42,799 nt of DNA from Caulobacteraceae bacterium (GTDB taxonomy: Bacteria > Pseudomonadota > Alphaproteobacteria > Caulobacterales > Caulobacteraceae): the NCBI GenBank assembly GCA_043742805.1, contig JAYTXV010000460.1, forward strand, positions 1-42,799. The letters run 5' to 3'. Positions 1 through 10,148 of the stretch are shown piece by piece. Every line of letters begins with the position of its first letter. The stretch's first letter is position 1. The notes under the pieces are model-generated. The model saw only the letters and a program-made list of their open reading frames with translations, was not told where the DNA came from and did no database searches. The translations under genes were made by a program, and so were the position numbers.

Positions 1-1200
1 CAGCAAACATCGCTATCAGAGGAGTTGAGACTGCAGTCGTCGTTCAAGTCACCGCTCAATTTCACCCTTGGTGGCTTCTATGGTCACGATCGGCGGAGCT
101 TCCACCAAGCCGGCAGCATCGGTTTCCTTGGGTTCGACCAAGCGACCGGCAAGACCGATCTTTTCGAGAGCATCGATTACTATTCGACCGACACCTTCTC
201 CGTGTTCGGCGAGGCGAGCCTTAAGCTGGGGCACAACGTCGAATTGGCCGGCGGCGCCCGATACACCAGCGAGCACAAGAACGGCGACGTCGGGCAGACC
301 TACGTCCACCCGCTGCTGAGGCTGCTGATTCCCCAAATCGCCGCCCCGGTCGGAACGCGCTTCATCTCCGAGATCAACAACAACAACATCTCCCCGCAAG
401 TCACCCTGTCCTGGCACGCGTCACCGAATGTGATGGTCTATGGGGCCTACAAGACTGGCTTCAAATCCGGCGGCATCTCGACCCCGGCGATCATCCCAGC
501 CTCCGCCACAACTGAAAATCAGAAGTTCAAGCCCGAGTCCGCCGAGGGTGAGGAGATCGGCGCGAAGTTCTCGGTCATGGACCGCCGCCTTAACGGCGAC
601 CTCAGCCTTTACAACTATACCTACTCGGACCTTCAGCTGACGCAATTCAACGCCGCGACGACGTCCTACTTTACCCAGAACGCCGCCAGCGCCACCACCA
701 AGGGCGTCGAGCTTAACCTCGCCTTTCAGGCTACCAGAGAGTTGAACCTGCATACCGGCATCGGCTACAGCCACGCGCGCTATGACAAATTCACTGGTGC
801 GCAATGCTATACTGGCCAGGTATGCGGTCCAACGGGTCAAGACCTCTCCGGCCAACCGCTGTCGCGGGCGCCCGACTGGTCGGCAATGGCCGGCGCCAAC
901 TACGACATCCAGCTCAAGGGTGACTGGCGGGTCGGCGCGACCGCCGATGTCCGATACAACTCGGGCTATCAACTGCAATCGAATAATAACCCGGACAGCG
1001 TCCAGAAGGAATTCGCCACGTTCGACGCCAGCGTTCGCGCTTACGACGGCAAGTGGGAAGTCGCCCTGATCGGTCAGAACCTCACGGACACCTATTATGC
1101 CGTGCTCGCCGGCGACAAGCCGCTGGGCTTGGCGGGGGACATCCTCGCCGCACTGGGCAAGCCTCGCCAAGTGACCTTGCAGATCACCCGCCACTTCTAA
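1..1200 (+). CDS. TonB-dependent outer-membrane receptor, C-terminal beta-barrel part (5' end lies outside the window)
   Basis: Frame is open from base 1 (QQTSLSEELRLQS). Typical TBDR strands (GGARYTSEHK, YGAYKTGFKSGG, KGVELNL, NLTDTYY) and a terminal Phe (ITRHF). Confidence 0.93.
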   Translation, partial: QQTSLSEELRLQSSFKSPLNFTLGGFYGHDRRSFHQAGSIGFLGFDQATGKTDLFESIDYYSTDTFSVFGEASLKLGHNVELAGGARYTSEHKNGDVGQTYVHPLLRLLIPQIAAPVGTRFISEINNNNISPQVTLSWHASPNVMVYGAYKTGFKSGGISTPAIIPASATTENQKFKPESAEGEEIGAKFSVMDRRLNGDLSLYNYTYSDLQLTQFNAATTSYFTQNAASATTKGVELNLAFQATRELNLHTGIGYSHARYDKFTGAQCYTGQVCGPTGQDLSGQPLSRAPDWSAMAGANYDIQLKGDWRVGATADVRYNSGYQLQSNNNPDSVQKEFATFDASVRAYDGKWEVALIGQNLTDTYYAVLAGDKPLGLAGDILAALGKPRQVTLQITRHF

Positions 1201-1207
1201 ATACGGC

Positions 1208-1235
1208 TCCGCCCAGGCCCACTCACCTGGGCGGA
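1208..1235 (+). terminator. GC-rich hairpin after the TBDR stop, possible terminator
   Basis: Perfect 10-bp stem TCCGCCCAGG / CCTGGGCGGA with an 8-nt loop, 7 nt after TAA. No clear U-tract. Confidence 0.5.
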
Positions 1236-1254
1236 ACACCATTACCCGGAAAGC

Positions 1255-1340
1255 GCCGCTGACAACCGCCCCGTCTCCATGGACGACCAGGACGTCATCT
1301 TCCCTTGTCAGGACTATTGCGACGACGGAGAGAGCCGACT
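1255..1340 (+). pseudogene. Highly degenerate IS91-family (Y2) transposase fragment
   Basis: Reads AADNRPVSMDDQDVIFPCQDYCDDG, versus the recalled IS91-like pattern AI(S/A)NxRLVxxDxxxVTFRWKDYR. Several mismatches are single-base changes (CCC/CTC, ATC/ACC, CCT/CGT, TGT/TGG, CAG/AAG, TGC/CGC). Confidence 0.35.
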
Positions 1341-1365
1341 GGAGGCGCCTACCCCAGCGGGCGAC

Positions 1366-2193
1366 CTACGCCTCGTTCTTGTCTTTTGGCGAGGCGTCGG
1401 GCGCCATTTTGGCCGTCGCGACCTTGCGTCGAGCACGCTGCGGAGCCTGCGGCCCCGTCGACGCGGCCCGCAGCCTCTCCCACTCTGGAGTATGCGCGCG
1501 GACGTGATTCAACCATTCCTGGGCTTCCTTCCTGGCGGCGCCCCGTGTGAAGGCCAAGGTCGCGATGAGCAGCGTCTCCGCCAGACCGTCCACCAGGTCG
1601 ACGTCCAGAATCTCACCCGCGCACCAATCACTAAGCGTGCAATACACCGCGCTTGTCATATAATCAGTAAATCTCTTGGGGGTGACATGGTCCACGAAGT
1701 AACGGTTGGCGGCTAGATGATCCACGAAGGGGCGGGAATTGTCGTAGGAAAGCGTCCGGATCGCGAGGCGTATGGAAGGGGCCGGGCCTTGCGAATTATA
1801 CACCGCCATGATTGCACTCGTGTAGGAACGAATCTCTATATTGCGAGAGTGCACGCTGATCAAACGTTCCAGAAGTCCGCTCAATGTGTGCGCCGGCTCG
1901 ATATACAATGCGCGGTCGGTGAAAGCCTTAGAGTAAGCAAATATCGCACTGGTGACGATGTTCTCACGGCTACCAAAGAGGTTGTACAGCGTCCGCGGCG
2001 CGACCTCGGCTCGTTTAGCGAGTTCGCGGAAACTAAAATTCTCGTAGCCAAGCTCGGAGATCATTACCCGCGCCGCGCGGAGAATGCGGCGGCGCCGCTC
2101 CAGCATTGCCTGACTATTGTATATCGGCGCCTTCTCTGGCGACGTGCTCCCCGCGGAAGAGTTTTTGTCGATCAATTCTCGCCTCGGTGACAT
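1366..2193 (-). CDS. TetR/AcrR family transcriptional regulator (alternative start 2226)
   Basis: N-terminal HTH RRRILRAARVMISELGYENFSFRELAKRAEVAPRTLYNLFGSRENIV. Confidence 0.88.
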   Translation of the reverse strand: MSPRRELIDKNSSAGSTSPEKAPIYNSQAMLERRRRILRAARVMISELGYENFSFRELAKRAEVAPRTLYNLFGSRENIVTSAIFAYSKAFTDRALYIEPAHTLSGLLERLISVHSRNIEIRSYTSAIMAVYNSQGPAPSIRLAIRTLSYDNSRPFVDHLAANRYFVDHVTPKRFTDYMTSAVYCTLSDWCAGEILDVDLVDGLAETLLIATLAFTRGAARKEAQEWLNHVRAHTPEWERLRAASTGPQAPQRARRKVATAKMAPDASPKDKNEA

Positions 2194-2354
2194 TGGCCAA
2201 CACGGTCTGAACTCAAGGTCCGGCATGCCACCCGGACCAATCAGGGCGGCGCTACGTCATACGACCTCCACTAGAGGCATCATCATCTGTCGACGGCGTT
2301 TATCAACTCCTCTTCGCTAGCGCAAGAAGGTAGGCGGCGCTGCTGGATATCAAA

Positions 2355-2366
2355 ACTTATATAAGT
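2355..2366. promoter_or_regulatory. Perfect 12-bp palindrome, candidate TetR operator
   Basis: ACTTATATAAGT lies in the AT-rich divergent region upstream of the TetR gene. Confidence 0.35.
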
Positions 2367-2681
2367 GACTAAATTCTATGGGCATTGGACGCACACGCGG
2401 CGCCGCGCGCTGGCGATGCCTCGTGTGCCATTGAGAATGCTGAAGAATGCCGGCGTATTTGCCCGACCAGTGATCACCATGGCCACTGATCATAATTTTT
2501 TAAAAGTCGCCAACTGTGTAAATTTAGCTTGCTCCCGGCGGAACTGGGGCGCAGAGCATCCGCCATGTCAGACGGTATTTGAAGCGCCGTTCGATTTGTC
2601 GGTTGCGTAATCCTCGCAGTCAGAGGGGATGCGGTTGCGCCCAACATCTGTAATGGAGCCGCGTCGCCGGATCAGACTTCA

Positions 2682-2795
2682 GTCGGTCGGGCGTATGGCG
2701 AGATGGCCGCCCGCGCCTTTCTCTTGGCATCCGACGACGCCAGCTTCGTGACCGGCTCCGAAGTGCTCGCCACCCGCGGCGGGCTAGCCGCGCAG
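2682..2795 (+). pseudogene. C-terminal remnant of a short-chain dehydrogenase/reductase (SDR)
   Basis: Translates VGRAYGEMAARAFLLASDDASFVTGSEVLATRGGLAAQ, the classic SDR tail (PxGR...EIA..A.FLASDDASFVTG..L.VDGG). No N-terminal Rossmann part upstream. Confidence 0.7.
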
Positions 2796-2826
2796 CCTCC
2801 CTCTAAAGCGCTTACAGGATACGAAA

Positions 2827-3831
2827 ATGACTAACACAAACCGTCAATGGCTGATCAACGGCCGCCCCATCGGCCGCCCGGTGGTCGAGGACGATTTCAA
2901 GTATGTGGAAACGCCGGTTATCGAACCGGGCGATGGCGAAGTGCTTGTGCGCAACCTCTATCTGGGCTTCGACCCTGCCCTGAAAGGCTTGATGGAGAAC
3001 AGCGGAGGCTACGCCGCGCCCACCGTGATCGGAGAGGTGATGCGCGGTTCAGGGCTCGGCGAGGTGGTCGCCTCAAAGGCGCCGGGCCTCGCCGTCGGCG
3101 ACAAAGTCACTGGCATGCTGAACTGGCAATCCTATGCCACCGTTTCGGCCAAGGAACTGTTGAAGGTCGATGACGATGACCTGTTCACGGCCAATCTCGG
3201 CGTGCTTGGAGGGACTGGCCTGACCGCGATCCTGGGCTTGTTCAAGATCGGCAAGCCCTTCATCGGTGACACCCTGGTGGTCACCGGCGCCGCCGGCGCC
3301 ACAGGCTCGGTCGTGGGCCAGTTGGGCAAGATCGCTGGATGCCGGGTGATCGGCGTGGCCGGCGGCGCCGCCAAGTGCGCGTGGCTGGTGGACGAACTCG
3401 GTTTCGACGCCGCCGTCGACTACAAGGCCGGCAGTGTCCTTGCCCAGGTCAAGGCCGCCGCGCCAGATGGCATCGATGTCTTGTGGGACAACGTGGGCGG
3501 GCCGGTGTTCAATGACCTGTTGGGCGAATTGGCGTTGCACGCCCGGGTCGTGGCCTGCGGCGGTATCTCACGCTATGAAGCCGGCCAGATGCCCGCGGGA
3601 CCGGAAAACTACTTCAACCTGATCTTAAAGCGCGCCAGCATGGAGGGGTTCATCGTTTTGGATTGGGCGTCGGAATTCCCCTGGGCCCGCAATCGGCTGG
3701 CTACCTGGATCCGCGATGGCCGGCTGCATTATATGGAAGACGTTCAGCAGGGGCTGGAAAACGCCCCATCGACCTTGAAGCGCCTGTTCGAGGGCCTCAA
3801 CTTCGGTAAGCAGCTGCTTAAGCTGACCTGA
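2827..3831 (+). CDS. NADP-dependent oxidoreductase (MDR superfamily, prostaglandin/alkenal reductase, CurA/YncB-like)
   Basis: Motifs LGFDPA, GAAGATGSVVGQLGK, DNVGG, CGGISRY, GLENAP, NFGKQL. Confidence 0.92.
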   Translation: MTNTNRQWLINGRPIGRPVVEDDFKYVETPVIEPGDGEVLVRNLYLGFDPALKGLMENSGGYAAPTVIGEVMRGSGLGEVVASKAPGLAVGDKVTGMLNWQSYATVSAKELLKVDDDDLFTANLGVLGGTGLTAILGLFKIGKPFIGDTLVVTGAAGATGSVVGQLGKIAGCRVIGVAGGAAKCAWLVDELGFDAAVDYKAGSVLAQVKAAAPDGIDVLWDNVGGPVFNDLLGELALHARVVACGGISRYEAGQMPAGPENYFNLILKRASMEGFIVLDWASEFPWARNRLATWIRDGRLHYMEDVQQGLENAPSTLKRLFEGLNFGKQLLKLT

Positions 3832-3841
3832 ACAAGAAGCT

Positions 3842-4451
3842 TCAGCGATCCTTGTCGTGCACGACGATGAGGGGTTGAACGTCCTGGTTGCCGCCATGGG
3901 TAGTGACCGGGGACCTCTGCGCCGAGCCCTTCGACTTGAACGCTCGCTGCTGGCGCTCGTGTCTTCGGATCGGCAGGTGTCTGTTCTCAGCCCGGTTGTT
4001 CCGCCGCAGGCGACCGGGACGGTGAAGGTGCTGCGGGCCCAGTTCGCGCAGCGCGGCGCCGTCCGAGGTGAGCCCATCGGTGACGATTGCGGTGGGGTCG
4101 ACGGGCTGGTTTCGGATTAACCGCCGAAGCAATCTCAATGCCGCTTGGGTGTGCCGTTTCCGTTGCATCACAAGGTCCAGGACCTCATCGTCCCCGGGCC
4201 GCCAGAGATACTTTCGTTTGCCGGCCACCTTGCAGACCATCTCGTAACTGCCTGCGATCCCGAGCTCCGCCAGCAGATTTTCGACGTCGCGAAATCTGAG
4301 GGTGAAACGGAAATACAGCCGCACCGCATGGGTGATCACCGCCGCTGGAAAGCGGTGGCGCCAGAACGAAAGGGGCTTCATCAGCGGCTTGCCCCAGCTG
4401 GGCTTTCGCCTTTATCGCAGGAGACCTTTTAGCGTTGACCTGACAGCCACC
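3842..4451 (-). mobile_element. Degenerate IS6-family insertion sequence remnant (transposase pseudogene 3842..4381 plus probable left end)
   Basis: RHRFPAAVITHAVRLYFRFTLRFRDVE, YLWR, IVTDGL, NNRAEN, FKSKGSAQR. An internal deletion removes the WHLDE catalytic Asp. GG-initiated IR-like sequence GGTGGCTGTCAGGTCAACGC at 4451..4432 (minus strand). No matching right end found. Confidence 0.85.
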
Positions 4452-4504
4452 TCGTATGTTGGGCTCGTGAATATCTCGTTGATGGACAAAGGTAGGGATC
4501 TGCC

Positions 4505-5572
4505 ATGTCGGAAGCTATGACATCAACGATGAGCCGTTATTGGACCCTGTCCGACAAGCCCGTGGGCGCATGGCCGGACGCCGACACTTTTGTCCTGCGC
4601 GAGACGCCGACGCCGACGCCGGCTCCCGGGCAGGCGCTGACCCGCACGATCTATATTTCGCTCGACCCCTATCAGTGGGGATACAAGCGGCGCGGGGTCG
4701 AGGCGCCGGGCGCGCCTTGCCATGCGCGAACGGTCTCACAGGTGATCGAGAGCCGAATGGACGGTTTCTCGCCCGGAGATCTGGTGTTCAACACCAACGG
4801 CTGGAGCGAATACGCGCTGATGGGCGAGGGCGTCGCTCGGCCCTCCTACATGATCCCGCGCAGGCTCGATCCGGCCCAGGGGCCGATCTCCCTGGCGATC
4901 GGCGTGCTGGGGATGCTGGGCCTCACCGCCTACGCGGGGATGATTCTGCTGGGCGATCCGAAGGCCGGCGAAACCGCGGTGGTTTCGGCCGCTTCCGGCG
5001 GGGTCGGCCAGATCGCCGGCCAGCTCGCCCGCCTGCGCGGGGCGCGGGTGGTGGGGATCGCCGGGCGCGAGGAGAAGTGCCGGTTCGTCGTTGATGAGCT
5101 CAGGTTCGACGCCTGCGTCTCGCATCTCAGCCCGACCTTCGCCGACGATCTGCGCGCCGCCTGCCCGGCCGGCGTCGACGTCTATTTCGAGAATGTCGGC
5201 GGGGCGGTGTTCGATGCCGTCCTGCCGCTGTTCAACCCCGGCGCACGGATGACGATCTGCGGCCTGATCGCTCACTATGGCGAGGCGGCGGGAACCGACG
5301 CCCGGGCCGCCCTGATGGTGCGCGGCGCGGCGATCTTCGCCGAGCGAGGCGTGACCGTGCGCGATCTGTTCGTCGGCGACTATGTGGCCGAACATCACGA
5401 CGCCTTCCTCCGCGAGGTGGCGGCCCACGTCGCCTCCGGCGCGATCCGTTACCGGGAGGACCTGCGTGAAGGCTTCGAATCCGTGCCGGCCGCCTTTGCG
5501 GACATGCTGCGGGGCGCCAACTTCGGCAAGACGCTGGTGCGCGTGGGCGAGGATCCGACCGCCGGTGTGTGA
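4505..5572 (+). CDS. NADP-dependent oxidoreductase (MDR, alkenal reductase-like), second paralogue
   Basis: ISLDPY, GMLGLTAY, SAASGGVGQIAGQLAR, YFENVGG, ICGLIAHY, NFGKTLV. Confidence 0.92.
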   Translation: MSEAMTSTMSRYWTLSDKPVGAWPDADTFVLRETPTPTPAPGQALTRTIYISLDPYQWGYKRRGVEAPGAPCHARTVSQVIESRMDGFSPGDLVFNTNGWSEYALMGEGVARPSYMIPRRLDPAQGPISLAIGVLGMLGLTAYAGMILLGDPKAGETAVVSAASGGVGQIAGQLARLRGARVVGIAGREEKCRFVVDELRFDACVSHLSPTFADDLRAACPAGVDVYFENVGGAVFDAVLPLFNPGARMTICGLIAHYGEAAGTDARAALMVRGAAIFAERGVTVRDLFVGDYVAEHHDAFLREVAAHVASGAIRYREDLREGFESVPAAFADMLRGANFGKTLVRVGEDPTAGV

Positions 5573-5723
5573 CACCATCGGCGGACCGATTTTATCCGGC
5601 CCCAAACCGGCCTACGCCAAACCGCCGACCGCCTGCACCGCATCGATCCGGCCCTTGCGATTTTTCAAACGCTTGTTAGTCATGCCGCCGCGCCGCGATG
5701 GCGCTATCCGCGGGAAGTGATCA

Positions 5724-6797
5724 ATGGCCGACGACAAACCAGGCATCCTCGCCGCGACCGCCACGGCGGATGAGGATCAACCGACGCCTCTGGCCCCGGA
5801 CATGCCGCCGGAAATCGGCTCGCCACTGGCGCGCTTCAAGGGCCAGGCTCCCGAAGCGCCGGCTTGGTTCCATGAGGCGGTGGCCAGGCGGCCCGAGCGG
5901 ACCCTGGTTCCCGTCGAGGGGGCCAATATCGAACTGCTGGTCTGGGGCAGGCTGGGCGCTCCCGGCCTGATCCTGGTCCACGGCAACAGCGCCCACGCCG
6001 ACTGGTGGAGCTTCATCGCCCCGTTCCTGGCCGACAACTACCGTGTCGCGGCCATGTCCCTGTCGGGCATGGGCGGTTCCGATTGGCGGGATGTCTATAC
6101 TTTCGAGACCTTCGCCACCGAGATCCATGAATGCGCCAAGGCCGCGGGCCTCTATGAGTCCGACGTCAAGCCGATCTATGCCGGTCATTCGTTCGGCGGC
6201 GCCCAGGTGTTCTATTCGGCCGCCCATCACCCCGAGCGGATGCGCGCCTGCCTGCTGGTCGACACCGGCTTCGGCGGGCCGCCGAGCCCCGAGGAAATCG
6301 CCCGTTGGGAGGCGGAGGAACGCGCCGCCGGTCGCACACCGATGCGGTTCAGCGGACCGCGGATGCGCGGCGCCGAGAACAAGGTCTATCCGACCCTCGA
6401 GAAAGCCCTGACCCGGTTCCGCTTCATGCCGCCGCAGGTCCCGGGCAACCTTTATATCGCCGACTTCATCGCCCGCCGCTCGCTGAAGCCCGCGCCGCTG
6501 CCCGACGGTTCGGGCCAGGGCTGGACCTGGCGTTTCGACCCGGGCCTGTGGACCAAGCTCGACCGCACCGGCATGACCGCCATCGACGGAAGCGCGGTCG
6601 CTGTTCCCATGGCCCACATCTATGGCGACCGGTCGGAGATCATCAAGCGGCACGGCCTTGGGTCAGGTCGGGCCGATCAGATTCCCTCAACCGTTCCCCG
6701 GATCATCATTCCCGACAGCGAGCATCACATCATGGTCGACCAGCCGCTGGCTCTGGTCGCAGCGATGCGGACCATACTCGCCGTCTGGCCAGCTTGA
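5724..6797 (+). CDS. Alpha/beta-fold hydrolase
   Basis: LVHG oxyanion motif, GHSFGG nucleophile elbow, C-terminal HHIMVDQP. Confidence 0.9.
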   Translation: MADDKPGILAATATADEDQPTPLAPDMPPEIGSPLARFKGQAPEAPAWFHEAVARRPERTLVPVEGANIELLVWGRLGAPGLILVHGNSAHADWWSFIAPFLADNYRVAAMSLSGMGGSDWRDVYTFETFATEIHECAKAAGLYESDVKPIYAGHSFGGAQVFYSAAHHPERMRACLLVDTGFGGPPSPEEIARWEAEERAAGRTPMRFSGPRMRGAENKVYPTLEKALTRFRFMPPQVPGNLYIADFIARRSLKPAPLPDGSGQGWTWRFDPGLWTKLDRTGMTAIDGSAVAVPMAHIYGDRSEIIKRHGLGSGRADQIPSTVPRIIIPDSEHHIMVDQPLALVAAMRTILAVWPA

Positions 6798-6863
6798 GAC
6801 CGTCCCGCCTGTAGTGTAGCACCGCCCTCCTAACGCCTCGCTTTCATCAAGGACCGCGCGACC

Positions 6864-7106
6864 ATGAACGACGCCGCCGCCGACGACTACCACCAGGGTG
6901 ATCAGAACATCACCGAACAGGTCGCCAGCTATAACGCCTTCGGCGCCCTGTCGAAATATGCCTCTCTGGTCATCGCGGTTCTGGTGTTGATGCTGACCCT
7001 ATGGTTCTGTGTGGGAGCCGGGTTCTTTGGGGGTTTGATTCCCGGCGGGGTCTTGTTGGGTCTGGGTCTTGTCTTCCTCCGGTCAAAACCCGCGCAAGAC
7101 CACTAG
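6864..7106 (+). CDS. Small membrane protein, aa3-type cytochrome c oxidase subunit IV-like
   Basis: GDQNITEQVASYNAFGALSKYA followed by hydrophobic helices. This position directly upstream of pntA is typical of Caulobacterales/Sphingomonadales. Confidence 0.65.
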   Translation: MNDAAADDYHQGDQNITEQVASYNAFGALSKYASLVIAVLVLMLTLWFCVGAGFFGGLIPGGVLLGLGLVFLRSKPAQDH

Positions 7107-7134
7107 GCTTTAGTTCCGTAAGGGGGGATTCAAC

Positions 7135-8268
7135 ATGGCCGTCGTCGCCGTCACCAGGGAACGCCGGGCTGGCGAAACTCGCGTGGCCACCACGCCCGAT
7201 GCGGTCAAGAAACTGCTCGCCCTGGGCGTTTCCGTAGTCATCGAAGCTGGGGCCGGCCTGACCGCGTCGGTTCCGGACGCCGACTATCAGGCGGTGGGCG
7301 CCACCATCGCCGCCGACCTGGCCGGGGCCCTGTCGGGCGCTGACATCCTGCTGAAAGTCCGCGGCCCCTCCGACGAGGAGATCGCCGCGTTGAAGCCCGG
7401 CGCGATCGTTGTCGGTTTGCTCAACCCCCACCTGGAACGCCCGGTGCTCGAAGCCCTGGCCGCCCACGGCGTCGACGCCTATGCGATGGAGTTCATCCCC
7501 CGCACCAGCCGCGCCCAGGCGATGGACGCCCTTTCCAGCCAAGCCAATCTGGCCGGCTATCGTGCCGTGATCGAGGGCGCCCACGCCTACGGCCGGGCCA
7601 TGCCGATGATGATGACCGCGGCCGGCGCGATCGCCCCGGCCAAGGTGTTCGTGATGGGGGCCGGCGTCGCCGGGCTTCAGGCCATCGCCACCGCCCGGCG
7701 CCTGGGCGGGGTGGTCACCGCCACCGACGTGCGGCCCGCCTCCAAGGAACAGGTGGAATCCCTGGGAGCCAAGTTTATCGCGGTGGAGGACGAGGAGTTC
7801 AAGGCCGCCGAAACCGCCGCCGGCTACGCCAAGCCCATGAGCGCCGAATACCAGGTCAAACAAGCGGCCCTGGTCACCGAGCACATCAAGAAACAGGACA
7901 TCGTCATCACCACCGCGCTGATCCCCGGCCGCGCCGCGCCGCGGCTGGTCACCGAGGCGCAGGTGCTGTCGATGAAGCCGGGCTCGGTCCTGGTCGACCT
8001 GGCCGTGGAACAGGGCGGCAATGTCGCCGGCGCCCGGCCCGACGAGGTAGTGGTGGTTGGCGGCGCCAAAATCGTCGGTATCAGTAATCTGGCCGGCCGC
8101 ATCCCGGCCGACGCCTCATCGCTCTATGCGCGCAATCTGGCCGCCTTCGTCGGCCTGCTGATCGACAAAACCGGGGCTCTGGCCCCCGATATGAACGACG
8201 ACATTCTCCAAGCCTCGCGGGTCACCCACGGCGGCGCCATCACCCATCCCGCCCTGCAAGCGGCCTGA
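7135..8268 (+). CDS. pntA: NAD(P)+ transhydrogenase subunit alpha, part 1 (domain I)
   Basis: [58 protein letters not shown]. Confidence 0.97.
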   Translation: MAVVAVTRERRAGETRVATTPDAVKKLLALGVSVVIEAGAGLTASVPDADYQAVGATIAADLAGALSGADILLKVRGPSDEEIAALKPGAIVVGLLNPHLERPVLEALAAHGVDAYAMEFIPRTSRAQAMDALSSQANLAGYRAVIEGAHAYGRAMPMMMTAAGAIAPAKVFVMGAGVAGLQAIATARRLGGVVTATDVRPASKEQVESLGAKFIAVEDEEFKAAETAAGYAKPMSAEYQVKQAALVTEHIKKQDIVITTALIPGRAAPRLVTEAQVLSMKPGSVLVDLAVEQGGNVAGARPDEVVVVGGAKIVGISNLAGRIPADASSLYARNLAAFVGLLIDKTGALAPDMNDDILQASRVTHGGAITHPALQAA

Positions 8269-8281
8269 AGGAGACAACGCC

Positions 8282-8617
8282 TTGGACGCCGTCGTCGACC
8301 CGACCATTTTCCGCCTGGCGATCTTCGTGCTCGCCGTGTTCGTCGGCTACTATGTGGTCTGGAGCGTCACGCCGGCGCTGCATACGCCGCTGATGGCGGT
8401 GACCAACGCCATCTCATCGGTGATCATCGTCGGGGCGCTGCTGGCTGCGGCGGCGCACGGAGCGCCCGGCGGATCGGCTAACGCCGGCGTATGGGTGTCG
8501 AAGGGGGCCGGCGCGGCGGCTGCCGCCCTGGCCTCGGTCAACATCTTTGGCGGCTTCCTGGTCACCCAGCGCATGCTCGCGATGTATCGCAAGAAAGACA
8601 AGGCGCCGCTTAAATGA
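8282..8617 (+). CDS. pntA: NAD(P)+ transhydrogenase subunit alpha, part 2 (membrane)
   Basis: [37 protein letters not shown] start after the AGGAG RBS. Confidence 0.96.
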   Translation: MDAVVDPTIFRLAIFVLAVFVGYYVVWSVTPALHTPLMAVTNAISSVIIVGALLAAAAHGAPGGSANAGVWVSKGAGAAAAALASVNIFGGFLVTQRMLAMYRKKDKAPLK

Positions 8618-10029
8618 TCGCCAATCTGGCCTCCATTGCCTACCTCGTCTGCGGGGTGCTGTTCATCCTGGCCCTGCGCGGCCTATCCAGCCCGGTGACC
8701 AGCCGCCGGGGCAACCAGATGGGCATGATCGGCATGGCCATAGCCGTGTCGGTCACCCTGGGAACCCTGTTCGCCACCGGCGCCCTGGACGGGATCACCC
8801 TGGCCCTGATCGTCGCTGGCGTCGCGGCCGGCGGCACGGTGGGCGCCGTGGTGGCCCGCCGGGTGGCCATGACGTCCATGCCCCAGCTGGTGGCGTTTTT
8901 TCACTCGCTGGTCGGCATGGCCGCCTGTCTGGTGGCGGTGGCGGCGATCTATACACCGGCCGCCTATGGCATCAACGAGGGTGGCGGGGTCAAGCTGGAG
9001 AGCCTGATCGAACTTTCCCTGGGCCTGGCCATCGGCGCCATCACCTTCACCGGCTCGTTGATCGCCTTCGCCAAGCTCAACGGCAACATGTCGGGCGCGC
9101 CGATCATGCTGCCTGCCCGCCATGCCCTCAATCTGGCTATCGCGGCCGGCATTGCCGTGCTGATCGTGCTGCTGGTGCTCAGCGGCGGCCACGCGCTGTG
9201 GGCGTTCTGGGCGATTTTCATTTTGGCCCTGGTCGCCGGCGTCACCCTGATCATCCCGATCGGCGGCGCCGACATGCCGGTGGTGGTGTCGATGCTCAAC
9301 AGCTATTCGGGCTGGGCGGCGGCGGCGCTGGGTTTCACCCTGGCCAACATCACCCTGGTCATCACCGGCGCCCTGGTCGGCTCGTCGGGCGCGATCCTCA
9401 GCTACATCATGTGCAAGGGCATGAACCGCTCGTTCATATCGGTGATCCTGGGCGGCTTTGGCGGCGAGACCGGTGGCGCGACGGCGGCCGGAACGGTGGA
9501 GACCCGCCCGGTCAAACAGGGGTCGGCCGAGGATGCAGCCTTCATCATGAAGAACGCCTCCAAGGTGATCATCGTGCCCGGCTACGGCATGGCGGTCGCC
9601 CAGGCCCAGCACGCGCTGCGAGAAATGGCCGACAAGCTCAAGGAAGAGGGGGTCGAGGTCAAATACGCCATTCACCCCGTCGCGGGCCGCATGCCTGGCC
9701 ACATGAACGTGCTGCTGGCTGAAGCCAATGTGCCCTATGACGAAGTGTTCGAGCTCGACGACATCAACGCTGAATTCGCCACCGCCGACGTGGCCTTTGT
9801 GATCGGGGCCAACGACGTCACCAACCCGTCGGCCAAGACCGACCCCAAGAGCCCGATCTACGGCATGCCGATCCTCGACGTGGAAAGGGCCCAGACCGTA
9901 CTGTTTATCAAGCGGGGCATGGGTTCGGGCTACGCCGGGGTGGAGAACGAACTGTTCTTCAGGCCCAACACCATGATGCTGTTCGCCGACGCCAAGAAAA
10001 TGGTCGAGGGCATCGTCAAGGCGCTGTAG
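8614..10029 (+). CDS. pntB: NAD(P)+ transhydrogenase subunit beta
   Basis: [60 protein letters not shown]. Confidence 0.98.
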   Translation: MIANLASIAYLVCGVLFILALRGLSSPVTSRRGNQMGMIGMAIAVSVTLGTLFATGALDGITLALIVAGVAAGGTVGAVVARRVAMTSMPQLVAFFHSLVGMAACLVAVAAIYTPAAYGINEGGGVKLESLIELSLGLAIGAITFTGSLIAFAKLNGNMSGAPIMLPARHALNLAIAAGIAVLIVLLVLSGGHALWAFWAIFILALVAGVTLIIPIGGADMPVVVSMLNSYSGWAAAALGFTLANITLVITGALVGSSGAILSYIMCKGMNRSFISVILGGFGGETGGATAAGTVETRPVKQGSAEDAAFIMKNASKVIIVPGYGMAVAQAQHALREMADKLKEEGVEVKYAIHPVAGRMPGHMNVLLAEANVPYDEVFELDDINAEFATADVAFVIGANDVTNPSAKTDPKSPIYGMPILDVERAQTVLFIKRGMGSGYAGVENELFFRPNTMMLFADAKKMVEGIVKAL

Positions 10030-10148
10030 CGGTGGTCATGCCGCTTTTGGTCAAACGCGCCTGACCCCTGTCAGGCCGCCGCGCGATTGTCTCACGAAGT
10101 CTTGGCGGTCAGTTTCGCCCCAGATCAAAAGCCAGGGGAAGAATTACC

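Noticed and set aside
3822-3834. Right inverted repeat or target duplication of the IS6 remnant (TGACCTGA shared with 4436-4443)
   Set aside because: Same orientation rather than inverted, and it coincides with the reductase stop codon. Probably chance.
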